Positions 20,003-32,800 of a DNA stretch of 64,000 nt are shown piece by piece. The stretch spans positions 295 through 64,294 of the forward strand of contig CAYYIY010000001.1 of assembly GCA_964472075.1 (NCBI GenBank), in the 5' to 3' direction. The position numbers and the translations under genes are program-made. A model generated the notes under the pieces. That model was not told the DNA's origin. It saw nothing but the letters and a program-made list of their open reading frames with translations, and ran no database searches. Position 1 is the stretch's first letter. Every line of letters begins with the position of its first letter. This DNA is from an uncultured bacterium (GTDB taxonomy: Bacteria > Muiribacteriota > Ozemobacteria > Ozemobacterales > Ozemobacteraceae).

Positions 20003-23000
20003 GTGAAGACGGCGTTGAGAACAATTGGCGCACGCAGCCACACTGGCGTGGTACGACAGATTCGACGAATAGAGGATCTACTCCCCGGTGATCACCTGTG
20101 TTGCATCTATTCAGATGATGAAGAGCGTCGTCGTCTTCTTGCCAGATTTCTGCACGACGGGCTTGAACGCGGTGAAAAGGTCGTCTATGTCGCCGACGAG
20201 ACGACCGTCGATGAAGTGTTTTCGTTTATCGATTCTGCCAGGTTTTCGATCACGACGCTGCGTGAACGTGGGCAACTGGTTATCCTCCATTCACAGGAAG
20301 CCTACGTGCGAGCCGGGGCCTTCGACCCCGCCGAGATGATCAGCCTGCTGCGCGTGCTGTGTGAGGCGGCGAGAAAAGAGGGCTATACGGCCCTGCGTGT
20401 GACCGGCGAAGCATCATGGGTCTTTCGTGGCCTGCCCGGTTCTCACCGGCTGATGGAATACGAAGCGCTGGTGAACGACTTTTTTCCCGGCTCAAACTGC
20501 ATTGCGTTATGCCAGTATGACCGCCGTCGCTTTCCGCCTGAACTGTTGCAGCAGGTACTGGCAACGCATCCGTTCATCGTGTTCGGTGGTGAAGTGCGTC
20601 AGAATCAATTCTCTCTGTCGCCGAACGATTTTTTGACCGGAAACATCGCCGAGAGGCAGCTCGAACGGCAGCTCGAGAGTATTCAGGTTTCCTCAGAGAT
20701 CGAGAGAGACCTGCATCGCTTCTTCGCCGCTTCTCCGAACCTGGTGTGCATTGCCGGCGTGGATGGCTACTTTCGGATGGTGAACCCGGCGTGGACGAAG
20801 ATGCTGGGGTATTCTGAATCAGAGTTGCTGACGAAGCCGTTTCTCGACTTCATTCACCCGGACGATCACCGTCGCAATGATCTCGAGGTGAACGCGCTGA
20901 TGCAAGGAAGGATCACGACCAATTTCGAGAATCGCTACCTCGCGAAAGATGGTACCGTTCACCACATCCTCTGGACGGCAACTCCATACGTCGAGGAACA
21001 GATCATGTTCTGCATCGGCAATGACATCACCAGACTCAGAGAGCAGGAATCGCTGATGAGAACGACACTGGAACACGATCGACGCTTGCGAGAGGCGCTT
21101 GACAGTGTTCCGGCCTGTGTGTTCATGAAAGACGCCCAGTTCCGTTACTCGTATGCGAATCAGACGGTTCAACATGTTCTCGGTCGTCGTTACGAAGAAA
21201 TCATCGGGAAAGAAGATGCGGAGTTGTTTCCTGATGACGTGGCGAAAAGATTGCGAGCAACGGACCAGCGCGTACTCGAGGGGGCGCAAGCCCTCGATGA
21301 GGTCATGGTTCAAACAGGTTCGGGGGCGCGGGTGTTCAAGGTGTTTAAAGCACCTTTGCGGGCGAACGATACCCAATCAAAGTGCGTGGGAATTCTGGGA
21401 ATCTCGACGGACATCACCGATGCCCGACATCAGGAGGTGTGCCTGAAGAATTCGCTGGCTCAGGCGCAGCAGCGCGAACAGGAAATGGAACTGCTGCTGC
21501 ATGCGGCCAGGCAGATTCTGAATACGGAGGAGTTTAAGGACATCGTCACTCAGACGTACCCGTTGATGAAAAGCCTGCTCGGCTTTCAGTGCGGTTTCGT
21601 GAACATTCGTCTGGTACCAGATACCGCTGAGACCGCCATTCTGACAGATGTGGGAACGAACGCGGTCTGTTCGCTGCCAATCCCTGAGACCTTTGCTCTC
21701 AGCGAGTTTCGACGGTATCTCTATTCTCGAGCTGCGCCGCTGCGGATCACGGATTTCTCAAAAACACCCGTGCCGTGTCACTTCCCTGAAGGTCATGTGC
21801 CGCTCTACAACGGGTTGTGCATCCCTCTCATTCTGGATGAGCAGGTTCAGGGGTTGATGGTGTTCGGCAACAAGCCGGGAGGTTTTACCGAGAGAGATGA
21901 GCAGTTCGGACTGGCGTTTGGGAATCTGCTGACGATCGGATTGCACAACGAACGGCAGAGGAGAGCGCTGCACAGATTGTCGACCGCCGTCGAGCAGTCG
22001 ACAGACGCGGTGCTGATTACCGATGTCTCAGGCGTGATTCAATATCTCAATCCTTCGTATCTTGCGCTGTCCGGTTACTCGAGCGACGAATGTCTGGGCA
22101 GAAATCCTCGCATGTTCAAAAGCGGAGTACAAGAAACAAACTTTTATCAAGAGCTCTGGAAAACCATAAGCGATGGACGAGTGTTTCGTGGAACGTTTGT
22201 AAACCGCCGAAAAGACGGCGGCACCTGGGTCATGGAGACCACGGTCAATCCGGTGCGTGACTCAAACGGCAAGACCACCCACTTTATCGCCATCGGGCGC
22301 GACGTCACCCGCGAGCGCCAACTTGAGCGACAGTACCAGCAGGCCCAGAAGCTCGAAGCGATCGGTCGGCTGGCCGGCGGTATCGCCCATGATTTCAATA
22401 ACATTCTGCAGGTAATGTCGTGTTACATCTTTTCGATTCAGGAAGGGTTGCCGGAAGGACGATTTCCGCGTGACGAGGTTGACGAAATAGGACAGGCGGT
22501 TGACAAGGCTGCACACCTGGTAAAGCAGTTATTGACCTTCAGCAAACAAGAACCCCCCCGGTTCGGCAGTGTGAACGTCGATGAGGTCATCACGAACTTG
22601 CTGAAGCTGGTGCGTCGGGTTCTGGGCGAGGACATCGAACTGCGGTTTTCACCTTCAGGTGATCTGCCGCCTATTCGTGCCGATAGAACCCATCTCGAAC
22701 AGATACTCATGAATCTCGTGGTCAACGCACGCGATGCCATGCCGGAGGGGGGAAAGATTGCCATCGAGACGAGACGCGTTCGCTTCGATACTGCTCTGCA
22801 TGACGGTAGCCGGCATTTGTCCGCCGGTAATGGTGTCCAGATTCTGGTGCGTGACAGCGGCTGTGGGATATCGGATGCAAATCTCGAGCACATCTTTGAG
22901 CCGTTCTTCACCACGAAGGAAGTCGGCAAAGGAACAGGGCTGGGGCTGGCGACCGTCTTCGGCATAGTTAAACAGCATCAGGGGCTGATTGACGTGAAGT

Positions 23001-23485
23001 CCTCGCTCGGAGTCGGCACCGAGTTTACTCTCACGTTTCCCGCTCTCGCCCCTGAGTCGACGAACGAGCAGCATCATGAACCTGAAAGCGTTGTGGTTGG
23101 CGGCCATGAAACCATCCTGCTCGCAGAAGACGATCAGATGGTACGGAACATCGCGGCACAGATTCTGCGCACTGCCGGGTATCAACTGATTCTTGCGTGC
23201 GATGGTGAGCAGGCCCTTCAATTGGCGCACGACAACGAAGGACGCATCGATGTGTTTGTGCTCGACGTCATCATGCCGAAGAAGCGAGGCCGCGAGATCT
23301 TTCTCGATCTTCGCCGTCTGTGTCCGAGATCGAGTTTTCTGTTTGTCAGTGGTTATGGGCCTGAGTTACCCGATCTGCAGCAGGTTGATGGAAGTTTTGA
23401 ATTTCTCGCCAAGCCGTTTTCCCCCGGAGTGCTGCTACGAAAGATTCGTGAACTGCTCAAGCGGAAAGAGGTAGGGAAGCCATGA
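20003..23485 (+). CDS. hybrid sensor histidine kinase with N-terminal MEDS domain, multiple PAS, GAF, HisKA, HATPase_c, REC
   Basis: GTG start with GGGAGG RBS. The N-terminal 190 aa match the MEDS pattern ([33 protein letters not shown]...NCIALCQYD). Then come a PAS array, the H-box [10 protein letters not shown] and a C-terminal receiver. Confidence 0.8.
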   Translation: MKTALRTIGARSHTGVVRQIRRIEDLLPGDHLCCIYSDDEERRRLLARFLHDGLERGEKVVYVADETTVDEVFSFIDSARFSITTLRERGQLVILHSQEAYVRAGAFDPAEMISLLRVLCEAARKEGYTALRVTGEASWVFRGLPGSHRLMEYEALVNDFFPGSNCIALCQYDRRRFPPELLQQVLATHPFIVFGGEVRQNQFSLSPNDFLTGNIAERQLERQLESIQVSSEIERDLHRFFAASPNLVCIAGVDGYFRMVNPAWTKMLGYSESELLTKPFLDFIHPDDHRRNDLEVNALMQGRITTNFENRYLAKDGTVHHILWTATPYVEEQIMFCIGNDITRLREQESLMRTTLEHDRRLREALDSVPACVFMKDAQFRYSYANQTVQHVLGRRYEEIIGKEDAELFPDDVAKRLRATDQRVLEGAQALDEVMVQTGSGARVFKVFKAPLRANDTQSKCVGILGISTDITDARHQEVCLKNSLAQAQQREQEMELLLHAARQILNTEEFKDIVTQTYPLMKSLLGFQCGFVNIRLVPDTAETAILTDVGTNAVCSLPIPETFALSEFRRYLYSRAAPLRITDFSKTPVPCHFPEGHVPLYNGLCIPLILDEQVQGLMVFGNKPGGFTERDEQFGLAFGNLLTIGLHNERQRRALHRLSTAVEQSTDAVLITDVSGVIQYLNPSYLALSGYSSDECLGRNPRMFKSGVQETNFYQELWKTISDGRVFRGTFVNRRKDGGTWVMETTVNPVRDSNGKTTHFIAIGRDVTRERQLERQYQQAQKLEAIGRLAGGIAHDFNNILQVMSCYIFSIQEGLPEGRFPRDEVDEIGQAVDKAAHLVKQLLTFSKQEPPRFGSVNVDEVITNLLKLVRRVLGEDIELRFSPSGDLPPIRADRTHLEQILMNLVVNARDAMPEGGKIAIETRRVRFDTALHDGSRHLSAGNGVQILVRDSGCGISDANLEHIFEPFFTTKEVGKGTGLGLATVFGIVKQHQGLIDVKSSLGVGTEFTLTFPALAPESTNEQHHEPESVVVGGHETILLAEDDQMVRNIAAQILRTAGYQLILACDGEQALQLAHDNEGRIDVFVLDVIMPKKRGREIFLDLRRLCPRSSFLFVSGYGPELPDLQQVDGSFEFLAKPFSPGVLLRKIRELLKRKEVGKP

Positions 23486-26352
23486 ACGAAAAGCGCGCAC
23501 TGGAATTCCTGGCCCAGACCAGCAGTCTGGCCCATGTCGGCGGCTGGGAACTGGATCTGCGGACAAACCGTCTCGAATGGACGGAAGAGGTCTATCGCAT
23601 TCACGAAGTCGATCTCGATTTTCAACCGACGGTCGAAAAGGGAGTGGCCTTTTATGCTCCAGAATCCATACCCATCATCTCAGAGGCCGTGCGGAGAGCT
23701 TCGACCGAGGGTGAGCCGTTCGATCTTGAACTGCAGCTGATCACGGCAAAGGGAAACCGCCTGTGGGTGCGCTCGATTGGGCAGGCTTATCGTGAGAACG
23801 GCGAAATTGTGAGAATCGGCGGCGTCTTTCAGGACATTACGGCCCAGCGAGCCATTGAAGATGAGTTGCGACAAAGCCGCGAACGACTTGAACAAACGGT
23901 GCAGGCAAGAACGAAGCAGCTGGAAGAAGCGTTGCACGGTCTTGAACAATCGAAACGGCGAATCGAAGAAGCGAAAAAAGCCTGGGAGGAAACCTTTGAC
24001 GCGATTGGCGACGGCATTGCTCAGGTCATCAACTTTCGCTTCGTTCGCTGCAACCGCGCGTTTGCCTCCATTTTCGATGTCACTCTGAGTGATGTCATCG
24101 GCAGGGAATGCCGAGAAGTTTTCGGAGAGCGTGCGTGTCTTGTTCTGAGATCGTATGCCGAAACGGTTTTGCACCACGGTGTGCGTGAACAAACCGAAGT
24201 GTTTGTGCAAGATCACTGGTATGAAGTCGCCATCGAACGCATGGAAAGCGCGGAAGCGGCCGGGATACTGTTGTTCATCTTTCGTGATGTCACGCAGCGA
24301 AAACGTGATCAACGACAACTTGAACTGAATGAGGCCAGGTTCGAGAGTCTCTATCGTATCTCACAGTTTCAAGGTACGAGACAGCAGATGCTGGATTTCG
24401 CTCTCGGAGAGGCAATTAGGCTCACGAACAGCGCGATCGGTTATATCTACTACTACGATGAGAAGACCGAGTTGTTTACGTTGAACACTTGGTCGAGTGA
24501 CGTCATGAAAGAGTGCCGGGTGGTCAAGCCGCAGACGGTGTACGAATTGAGCAAGACGGGGATCTGGGGCGAAGCGGTGAGACAGCGCCGGCCAATCATG
24601 GTAAATGAGTATCACCTGCCCAACCCATTGAAAAAAGGCTACCCGGAAGGACATGTCGCTCTGCATCGATTCCTGACCATTCCGGTAGTGATCGACGAAC
24701 GCATCGTCGCCGTCGTCGGCGTGGCCAACAAGGCTGATCCGTATGAAGAGACAGATCAGCGTCAGCTGACCCTGCTGATGGATGCGGTCTGGCGCATCGT
24801 CGAACGTCGACGCCTCGACGAGGAATTGCAGCAAATGTCACTCGAGTGGGAGGAGATTTTCCACAGTATCACCGATCTGATCACCGTGCAGGATCTCGAC
24901 TTCAATGTGACCAAGGCGAACCGTACTGCGACCGATTTTTTCGGACCTTCATTACTGAACAATCTTGGTAAGATCAAGTGTTATCAACTGTTTCACGGGA
25001 CTGATCATCCGCGACCGAACTGCCCGGTGTGTCTCTGTCGACAAACCCTGAAACCGGAATCGTTTGATTTCTATGAACCTCTGCTGAAGAAGCACATCGA
25101 AGTCCGAAGCATTCCACGATACGACAAACAGCAGCAGTTGATCGGCTTTCTGCACGTTGCTCGCGATGTAACCCAGCATCGCAAGGCCGAACAACAGCTG
25201 CGGCAGGCACAGAAGATGGAAGCGGTCGGCCAGCTTTCGGGCGGCGTCGCCCATGATTTCAACAACATTCTGCAGGTGATCACCTGTCACACCTATACCA
25301 TTCTGAGTGAGTTATCACCCGGTCGGTTTCCGTTCGACGAGGTCAAAGAAATCGAGATCACCGTGGAAAAGGCTGCCTATCTGGTCAAACAGCTCCTGAC
25401 TTTCAGTCGACAGCAGCCAGTACAAATGACCCGCATTGATCTGAATGCGGTGGTCACGGGTTTCAGCAAACTGCTGCGCCGTGTGCTGGGCGAGGATGTC
25501 GAACTGGCTCTTCGCCTTGAGAACGGGATTCTTGCCCTGCAAGCCGACAAGGGACAGATCGAACAGGTGCTGATGAATCTCTGTGTGAACGCTCGCGATG
25601 CCATGCCACGCGGTGGTCGCATCACCATCGAAACCCTCAGGGCTTCAGGAGAGGGAAGAAAATCTATTGGTGGTGCCGACATGCCGCCCGTCGTGATTGA
25701 AATGCGGGTGTCCGACACCGGAACCGGCATTCCAACCGAGAATCTCGACCGGATCTTCGAACCATTCTTTACCACGAAAGAAGTGGGGCGCGGCACGGGG
25801 CTGGGCCTGGCAACGGTCTTTGGCATTGTACAGCAGCATCACGGTCGCATTGATGTCACCTCGACAGTTGGCCAGGGAACAACATTTGCCGTTGTTTTTC
25901 CGGCGATCGACACCGTACCCATCGAGGGGCGCGAGACAGAATCGAGTCTGCAGGCCCTGGGCGGCAACGAAGTTCTTTTGCTGGCCGAAGATGACGACAC
26001 GTTGAGACAGTTGATGACCGACTTTCTGACTCGAGCCGGGTATCGCGTGCATGTCGCCGCCGATGGTGCCGCGGCGACCTCTCTTGCCGAGAAGCTGTTC
26101 TCGGAAATCGACTTGTACATATTCGACGTCGTCATGCCGAAGCAGCGCGGCGATGTCATCATGGAGCAGATCAGAGAAAAACGCGCCGATGCGCGATTTC
26201 TCTTTGTCAGCGGTTACGGAGCCGGTTTCATGGAGAAGGTTGCCAATGATGCCCGCTGTCTGTTTCTCTCGAAGCCAATTTCCCCAAGACTGTTACTACA
26301 GAAAGTGCGTGCCATGCTCGATGCTGTGCATCAACCCCAATCCTTGACGTGA
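23482..26352 (+). CDS. hybrid sensor histidine kinase (PAS, coiled coil, GAF, Cys-containing PAS, HisKA, HATPase_c, REC)
   Basis: Overlaps the previous gene by 4 nt. Motifs seen: [12 protein letters not shown], a CPVCLC motif in a PAS-like module, and the receiver LLAEDDDTL...DVVMPKQRG. Confidence 0.85.
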   Translation: MNEKRALEFLAQTSSLAHVGGWELDLRTNRLEWTEEVYRIHEVDLDFQPTVEKGVAFYAPESIPIISEAVRRASTEGEPFDLELQLITAKGNRLWVRSIGQAYRENGEIVRIGGVFQDITAQRAIEDELRQSRERLEQTVQARTKQLEEALHGLEQSKRRIEEAKKAWEETFDAIGDGIAQVINFRFVRCNRAFASIFDVTLSDVIGRECREVFGERACLVLRSYAETVLHHGVREQTEVFVQDHWYEVAIERMESAEAAGILLFIFRDVTQRKRDQRQLELNEARFESLYRISQFQGTRQQMLDFALGEAIRLTNSAIGYIYYYDEKTELFTLNTWSSDVMKECRVVKPQTVYELSKTGIWGEAVRQRRPIMVNEYHLPNPLKKGYPEGHVALHRFLTIPVVIDERIVAVVGVANKADPYEETDQRQLTLLMDAVWRIVERRRLDEELQQMSLEWEEIFHSITDLITVQDLDFNVTKANRTATDFFGPSLLNNLGKIKCYQLFHGTDHPRPNCPVCLCRQTLKPESFDFYEPLLKKHIEVRSIPRYDKQQQLIGFLHVARDVTQHRKAEQQLRQAQKMEAVGQLSGGVAHDFNNILQVITCHTYTILSELSPGRFPFDEVKEIEITVEKAAYLVKQLLTFSRQQPVQMTRIDLNAVVTGFSKLLRRVLGEDVELALRLENGILALQADKGQIEQVLMNLCVNARDAMPRGGRITIETLRASGEGRKSIGGADMPPVVIEMRVSDTGTGIPTENLDRIFEPFFTTKEVGRGTGLGLATVFGIVQQHHGRIDVTSTVGQGTTFAVVFPAIDTVPIEGRETESSLQALGGNEVLLLAEDDDTLRQLMTDFLTRAGYRVHVAADGAAATSLAEKLFSEIDLYIFDVVMPKQRGDVIMEQIREKRADARFLFVSGYGAGFMEKVANDARCLFLSKPISPRLLLQKVRAMLDAVHQPQSLT

Positions 26353-26588
26353 TTCAAAAAAGCCGGTTCGCTGTGTATTCGGGCGAGATTTGCTGTGTAC
26401 ATCCCCTTTTCTGGTTGCCGTGAGGCGAGTGACTCGTATGGGATGGAAAGACATCCTGTGACGATTTCAACACCGCTTGCGGAATCATCGGCGTTTCTTC
26501 GTGACATCGTTTCTGTTACCCTATGTGAGGGAGAGCGCTTCTGATCGAGCGATCATGAGGCGTCAGATACTATGGAGCCGGCGCGAGC

Positions 26589-27050
26589 ATGGGAGCAACG
26601 GTACGGATCGCCTTGACCAGCGCGGCCGATATCATCGGCCTGCGACATCGGATTCTGCGTGCCGGGTTACCACTGGAAACCGCGATTCTTCCTGGAGACA
26701 ACGACGAGTCGACCAGACATCTGGGGCTCTGGGAAGACGAAACCCTGCTCGGTTGTGTCTCCCTGATGGCGGCTCCGTATGAAGGCCAACCGGCCATGCA
26801 ACTGCGCGGCATGGCCGTTGCCACTGAGGCGCAGGGACGCCAGTACGGCAGGTTGCTGCTGCAGGAAGCCGAGAGGACGGTTTCACGCGACGGATATTCC
26901 CTGATCTGGTGCAATGCTCGCGAAACCGCGCGAGGGTTCTATGCCAGGCACGGCTGGCAGGTGACGTCAGAGTCATACTTCATCGAACACGCGGGAATGC
27001 ATGTGCGCATGCTCAAACGTCTCTTTTCGACAGCATCTGACGGGGCATGA
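26589..27050 (+). CDS. GNAT family N-acetyltransferase
   Basis: A 153-aa ORF with the acetyl-CoA binding motif LRGMAVATEAQGRQYGRLLLQEAE. The next gene overlaps it by 4 nt. Confidence 0.75.
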   Translation: MGATVRIALTSAADIIGLRHRILRAGLPLETAILPGDNDESTRHLGLWEDETLLGCVSLMAAPYEGQPAMQLRGMAVATEAQGRQYGRLLLQEAERTVSRDGYSLIWCNARETARGFYARHGWQVTSESYFIEHAGMHVRMLKRLFSTASDGA

Positions 27051-29860
27051 ACACACGCCGATCGATTCCTGATCTTCCCTTTCTGGCGCTCTGCGGCTGT
27101 CTGCTGGTAACGGTTCTCGTCGGGCAGTCCTGGTTGTCCGATCAGGCCGAACGGATTCGCGCCGAATGGCTCGATGAAGAGAAGGCCGGCCTGCGTCGCA
27201 TTCTGCAAAACACACTGCGTCTCAGTTCGTCTCAGACCTGTTTTCCTGAACTCATGCGTCGGACAATCGCCGATCTGAAGTCGGGGATGCCGGTCGCCGA
27301 AAGCTTTCGTCGGTTCATCCCCTGGTCGCACACGCCATTCGAGCTGCTCGTCTTCGGCCCAGAGGGACGCCGCCTGCAGATCCCTGGTTTTCGTCATGAG
27401 CGTGGGGCGATTTCGGAAAAAGTGCTGCGCTCGCTGCGCGATCCGTCTCCGACATCGACGACGGCAATTCGCAAGCTCTCGGCGAGCTTTCTCGGCATGC
27501 GGACCGCACTGGAAAAAATGGCCCAAAGCCCAGGTGCCATGGTTGAGCTGGGGGGTTCCATCCGCTTCGCCTACGCGGGGTGGTGGTCGCTCAGGGATGA
27601 ACTGAACCGAACGGCCGCATCCACCAGACCAGGGGCGAATGCCGAGGGGAAGGTCACCGATGTACTGCTTCTGGTGCCGCGCCAGGGGTTCGAGCAAAAT
27701 CGTCTTCTCCGTTTCAGCATCAAACGGACGAGACGGCTGCTGCGAGGGAACGCCCGACTCGATCTCGTGCGACGAACCGAACAGTCGGATCGGGTTACCA
27801 GCGCCCCCTTTCACGATCGCACGGTTCACCTTGATGTTCGCCTTGCCTGCAATGAGCTTCTCGATCTGCGCATTCGTCGAAAAGTATTTGTACCGGCCGC
27901 CACCGCACGGCTCATGAACGTCATCGTCTCGGCGCGCCTGACGCTTCTTCTCGGCGGCCTGCTGCTGCTCGCGTTCGGATTTCGACTGTATCGACCTGCC
28001 GCCGCCGAGAAGCTCTCGCTCGGTCGATTGATCAGGCTGGGCATTCTCGGCTGCGTCATTCCCGCTCTTGCCCTATTTCTGACCTGGACGTTCGACTTTC
28101 TCACCACCTCGAGCCGAACCATGAGTCGGCAGATGCATCGGTATCTCGAACAGGAGCTGGAGCGCATCGATCGAGAGAGTAACCGCGATCGACAGAAGCT
28201 CGACGTCCGACTGAACCAGTTGGGTGAACGACTGCATGGAACGCCCATCGACCGTGCCGTCCAAACGGCACAAGAGGAGCTGGCCGACTGCCCGCAGATC
28301 GAGTCTGCCTATTTGATCGACCCCTACGGCGTGATTCTGGCGGTTCTGCGACGGCACCAGAATGCGCACGAGGTTCAGCGCGTGTTCGCGCTATCGATTG
28401 CGGTGAACATGACGGCATTACTGGAGAATCGCGAGCCGAAATCCATTTGCCGTGAAAGCTATGATCTCACCTACATGAAGGGCTTCACACGCCATCTTCT
28501 GGAGAACCTCGGTCGTACCGACGAACTTGCCGGGCTGGGCATGCGACGCAGCGTCTTTGTGAAGATGATTCGCGGTGAGACGGCAACGGCTCGCTCGCGT
28601 TTTCTCGTCGTGCTGATGAACCTTGATGACTTGAAAAAGCAGTATGTACACACCTGTCTGGCAGATCGTTCTCGCACTTTTCAACTGGGACTGGCTGAGA
28701 CCGGTCTGGCCGGACCCAGCCGCGGGTATCCGGATCGTCTGCTCTGGAACCCCGACCTGATCAGCCTCATCGAAGAGGCGTATCGTCTGCGTCACACCGT
28801 CAACATGCGCCTGACCTTGCCGGGACGCGGAACGTTTCTCGCTTCCGCCGTTCCCGGCAAGCAATTGACCGGATATGTACTGCTCGGGGCCGTTCCGTTC
28901 AAACCGATTGAACGTCAGATCAGGTCCTGGCTGGGGACCGCCGTTTTCACGCTTTTCGGCGTCGTTCTGTTCGGTGCCGGCGCGGCATATGCTCTCGCCT
29001 CTTACATGCGTTCCGGGCTTTCTCGTCTCGAAGACGGCTTGTACCGTCTACAGAACCGACAGTTTCAACTGACCCCCATCGATGCTGATGATCAGTTAAC
29101 CAGCATTTTCAACGGCATGGTCACCGCGGGTCGTACCTTCGACGAGCTCTATGCTGCCGCGCCGGTGCAGAAAACCCTGATCTTCGAAAGATCGATGCGA
29201 AAAGCCGGATGGCAGATCGAATGTGATTTTCAACCCGGCCCGTTTCTCGGCGGCGATTACGCCGATGTTCTCGAGTTGCCTGACGGTCGAGTGCTGTTCT
29301 GCATCGGAGATGCGGGCAGCAGCTCTCTGGCCGCGGTTCTTCTGGCTGCCCGGGTGAAGATGGCGATTTCTCTGCTGGCCGAAGATGCCGTTTCACCGGA
29401 ACACATTCTGCAACAACTCAACGAGTTGCTGCTCACCATGCGGGTCAAACGCCGTCACATGAGTCTGCTGATCGGCGTCGCCTCTGCCGACGGGCAAATC
29501 GTTCTGGTCAACGCGGGGCATTGCTGGCCTCTCATCGGCAGTTTCCGCGACCTGCAATGGATCGAAGAGCGCGGTCTGCCGCTGGGAACACGCCTGCGTC
29601 GGCCGGTTCAGGCACTGAAGGTTCGATTATCAGATGAAGAACGGCTGATCTGCTGCACGAACGGCTGGGTCAGGCGTTTTGATCCGGAGTTGCTCGGACT
29701 GGGATTCGAACGATGGCGCCAGGAAGTGAAAAACGGACTTTCTCTCAATCAGGCACCGTTGGTACGACACCTGGACGGCGTCTCGTCACTCCTGCCGCCT
29801 CCACCTGAAGGGGTTCAAGGGCGCGTGTTGCTGACGGTGCAGCGGGAGAAAACCGCATGA
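27047..29860 (+). CDS. membrane-anchored sensor protein with C-terminal PP2C/SpoIIE-type phosphatase domain (RsbU-like), variant metal-site motif
   Basis: A 937-aa ORF with a signal/TM segment, large extracytoplasmic and cytoplasmic sensor regions and two further TM helices. The C-terminal PP2C-like region reads CIGDAGSSSLAAVLL where GDVSGHG is expected. Confidence 0.75.
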   Translation: MNTRRSIPDLPFLALCGCLLVTVLVGQSWLSDQAERIRAEWLDEEKAGLRRILQNTLRLSSSQTCFPELMRRTIADLKSGMPVAESFRRFIPWSHTPFELLVFGPEGRRLQIPGFRHERGAISEKVLRSLRDPSPTSTTAIRKLSASFLGMRTALEKMAQSPGAMVELGGSIRFAYAGWWSLRDELNRTAASTRPGANAEGKVTDVLLLVPRQGFEQNRLLRFSIKRTRRLLRGNARLDLVRRTEQSDRVTSAPFHDRTVHLDVRLACNELLDLRIRRKVFVPAATARLMNVIVSARLTLLLGGLLLLAFGFRLYRPAAAEKLSLGRLIRLGILGCVIPALALFLTWTFDFLTTSSRTMSRQMHRYLEQELERIDRESNRDRQKLDVRLNQLGERLHGTPIDRAVQTAQEELADCPQIESAYLIDPYGVILAVLRRHQNAHEVQRVFALSIAVNMTALLENREPKSICRESYDLTYMKGFTRHLLENLGRTDELAGLGMRRSVFVKMIRGETATARSRFLVVLMNLDDLKKQYVHTCLADRSRTFQLGLAETGLAGPSRGYPDRLLWNPDLISLIEEAYRLRHTVNMRLTLPGRGTFLASAVPGKQLTGYVLLGAVPFKPIERQIRSWLGTAVFTLFGVVLFGAGAAYALASYMRSGLSRLEDGLYRLQNRQFQLTPIDADDQLTSIFNGMVTAGRTFDELYAAAPVQKTLIFERSMRKAGWQIECDFQPGPFLGGDYADVLELPDGRVLFCIGDAGSSSLAAVLLAARVKMAISLLAEDAVSPEHILQQLNELLLTMRVKRRHMSLLIGVASADGQIVLVNAGHCWPLIGSFRDLQWIEERGLPLGTRLRRPVQALKVRLSDEERLICCTNGWVRRFDPELLGLGFERWRQEVKNGLSLNQAPLVRHLDGVSSLLPPPPEGVQGRVLLTVQREKTA

Positions 29861-32800
29861 ACCAGCGTGATTTCGGCAAATGGCTTCTGATCACCATCGT
29901 GTTCTGGGTTCCCTTGTCGCTGGTGCTCCTGATCGGCATCGATCGTGCCGAAAGCTATCGACGCTCCTGTCATGCCGATCTGCTGCAGGAGTCGATGCGC
30001 TTCGATCTCGAACTGATTCAGCGAGCGTACCAGCCATCCATGCTGCTTTCGTTGCCCTGGGACGAGATTCGAGCCGTTCAATCTCACGCGCATGAATCAG
30101 AGACCTGGCGGCAGGCGGTCGCGGCCGATCTGACGCGGGCAGGGTTGCGACCGCACCTTCTGCTGGTCTGGTCCCCGAAAAACGATCGCCTCGTTCCCGG
30201 CGGCGCGATCAGCGACGCTTTTCGCCCCTTCCTGCAGATTCTCCGCAACCGGCAGAATCAGATGCTGGAGAAGAGTCGAACCGTCATTTCCTTTGAAGGC
30301 GGTGAACTGCCGATACATTTGGCTCTGCGCATGACCAGACGCCATCGCTTCTACCCCATGCAGGCCCTGGGAAAAAAGTGGTGGCTGGCTCACGGCCCCG
30401 TCAACTCCGCAGACCGCGGTCAGGCGTACTATCTGCTGCTGATCGACCAGGCAAACATTGTCACGGAACAATTGCAACCCTTATGGCACAAACGATTACA
30501 GAGATTCCTGAGACATCGTCTTTCCGACACGGCAGCGTCGCACCCCGACCGTCAGGCTCGAGATCACCAATCCTTCGATGGTCTTGAATCCGTCGGCGAA
30601 CGTTTCTTCTCGGCCGATCGTGAGCAGGTTCTGGCAGGCATTCGGTTTCCCCGCGCGGAGTTCTCGGTTGTGCAGGAGTTCCCGTGGTCGTTGCGACTTT
30701 GGGGGTCGCTCGCCCGGTTCGCCTGGATCGCTTTCAGTTTCGCGTTTCTGGTGGGAAGTTACCGCTTCTGGGTTTGCGGCATCGGAAATGAGTATCTCAC
30801 CGTGGGAAATCGCATTCGACTGCATCTCGCCGCAGCCGTCGGCCTGCCCCTGGTCGGCATCATTCTGATGGGCGAGTTTCAGATGAACGCCGGCCTGAGC
30901 AGCCTTCTGGCGACCGGCCAGGAGAAGATCGCGCAGGATCTCGAGCGCATGGAAGACCAACTCGAGCGCAGCGTGTATCGTCTCGAGACCCGCATGCGCC
31001 GCGTGGCGGAGCAGATGCCGCCCATCTTCAGCCGCGAGCAGGCGGAGCACTGGTGTTTCAACATCCTTGAAGGACAATATCCGATTTCGAACGCCCACCT
31101 TCTCTCGTCGGAAGGCGTGTATCTCCTGCCGCAACACTGCCAGAACAAACCCGGCTTTCTGTATATGACCCTGATGTCGAAGCCGCGGCGCAACTGGTTT
31201 CTTCACCGGTTTTTCGAACGCGGCGGATATCTGGAACCCTACTATGAGGAACTGCTGCGCACGTATGCTCCGGATGGACAACCAATGTCAGGCTCGGCGC
31301 TCAAGAACCTGATACGAACCAAGAATCGGCAGCGACCGGTGAATGCGGTGACCGACAGTGTGTGGGAAAAAGCCATGGGAGGACTTGCCAGGGATACGTG
31401 CCGTCGGTACAACCAGCGTGCCGGTCTCATTCAGATGCAGAGTGGAGAAGATGGCAAGGGAGATGCCATCGGCATGATGGCGGCCGTCGCCGGCATCGAG
31501 CACGAAGATCTGGTCAACGAATCCATGCAGCATCTCGGACACATCAGACGCTTTAATACCGGCAAGGAAACCGTCTTCGATCTTGCCTTCCTTCTTCGTG
31601 ATCGTGACGGCAGAGCGCACAATCTCCTGCTGCTCCACTGGCGCAACGAAGCTCTGACGTTTCCATTCGCGCATGCCATAACTCGTCATGCCAAAAGGCA
31701 TCCACAGTTCGGCGGCCGGTACATTTTTTGTGACGATCATGATGCGCTCGACTTCGCCTCGACTCCTGTGCCCAAAGGCATGCGCTTCACGGCGTCCGCA
31801 TTGCGGCTTCCCGGCGAGAGTCAGCATTTCATCGGCTGCATGCCCGGTGGTGAGTGGCGCCTATTCCAGTTCAGGCGCTGCCGCGAACTCGACCATCTGA
31901 TCATCGGATGTTCGATGCCGTTGTCCCAGTTGTTCAACGGCATCACGCCGATGAGATATCGATTTGTTGCCGGCACATCCGGAGTCGTCGCTCTCGTCGC
32001 TCTGCTTCTGTTCATGCTTTCCCGCTTGCTGGTGAAACCCCTTGAACGCATCGAGCAGTCTGTCGCCCAACTGTCGAAACCCGGCGACGTTCTGATCGAG
32101 GTTCCCAACCAGGTGGGGGAAATTCTCTCGCTGGTGCGCCTGTTTACCGACGTGAAAGAAGGGTTGAAGCAACTCGACGTGGCGCGGCTGGTGCAGGAAG
32201 ACCTGCTGCCGCACGGAATACTTGAACACCACGGTCTGCGCGTGACCGGATCATCGATCATGATGGAGCAGGTTGGCGGCGATTTCTTCGATTTCGTTGT
32301 CGACCCGCGAGATCAGCGGTTTCTGTATGTCGGCATCGGCGACGTCACCGGGCACGGGTTGCCCGCTGCCATTGTGGTCGCCATGATCAGCAGCGCCGTT
32401 CGACTGCTTGCCCGGACCGGACGAGTCGCCCCGGAAGAGCTGTTGTCTGCCATGAACCCGCATCTTGTGCGTATTCTCAAGCGATTGCGCATGACCAGTT
32501 TTCAGTTGGTGCGCATCAATGGGGATACCGGTGAATTCCAGTTCTCGAGCGGCGGTCACCCGCCCATGCTGCAGTTAAAACCCGGGCAACCGCCTATTTC
32601 CTGGGAGATGGCTGCATTCCCGCTCGGATCGAACAAGAAAACCCGCTATCAAGGCCGCACAGGAACCATGGAATCGGGTGACTGCCTGGTATTCTGCACG
32701 GACGGCAGCATCGAAGCCGTCACTCCCTCGGGTCGTGAAGTCGGGTATCAGGGTTTCGCCCGTCTGGCTGCCCATGAGTGTCAGGCAGGCTTTTCAGGAG

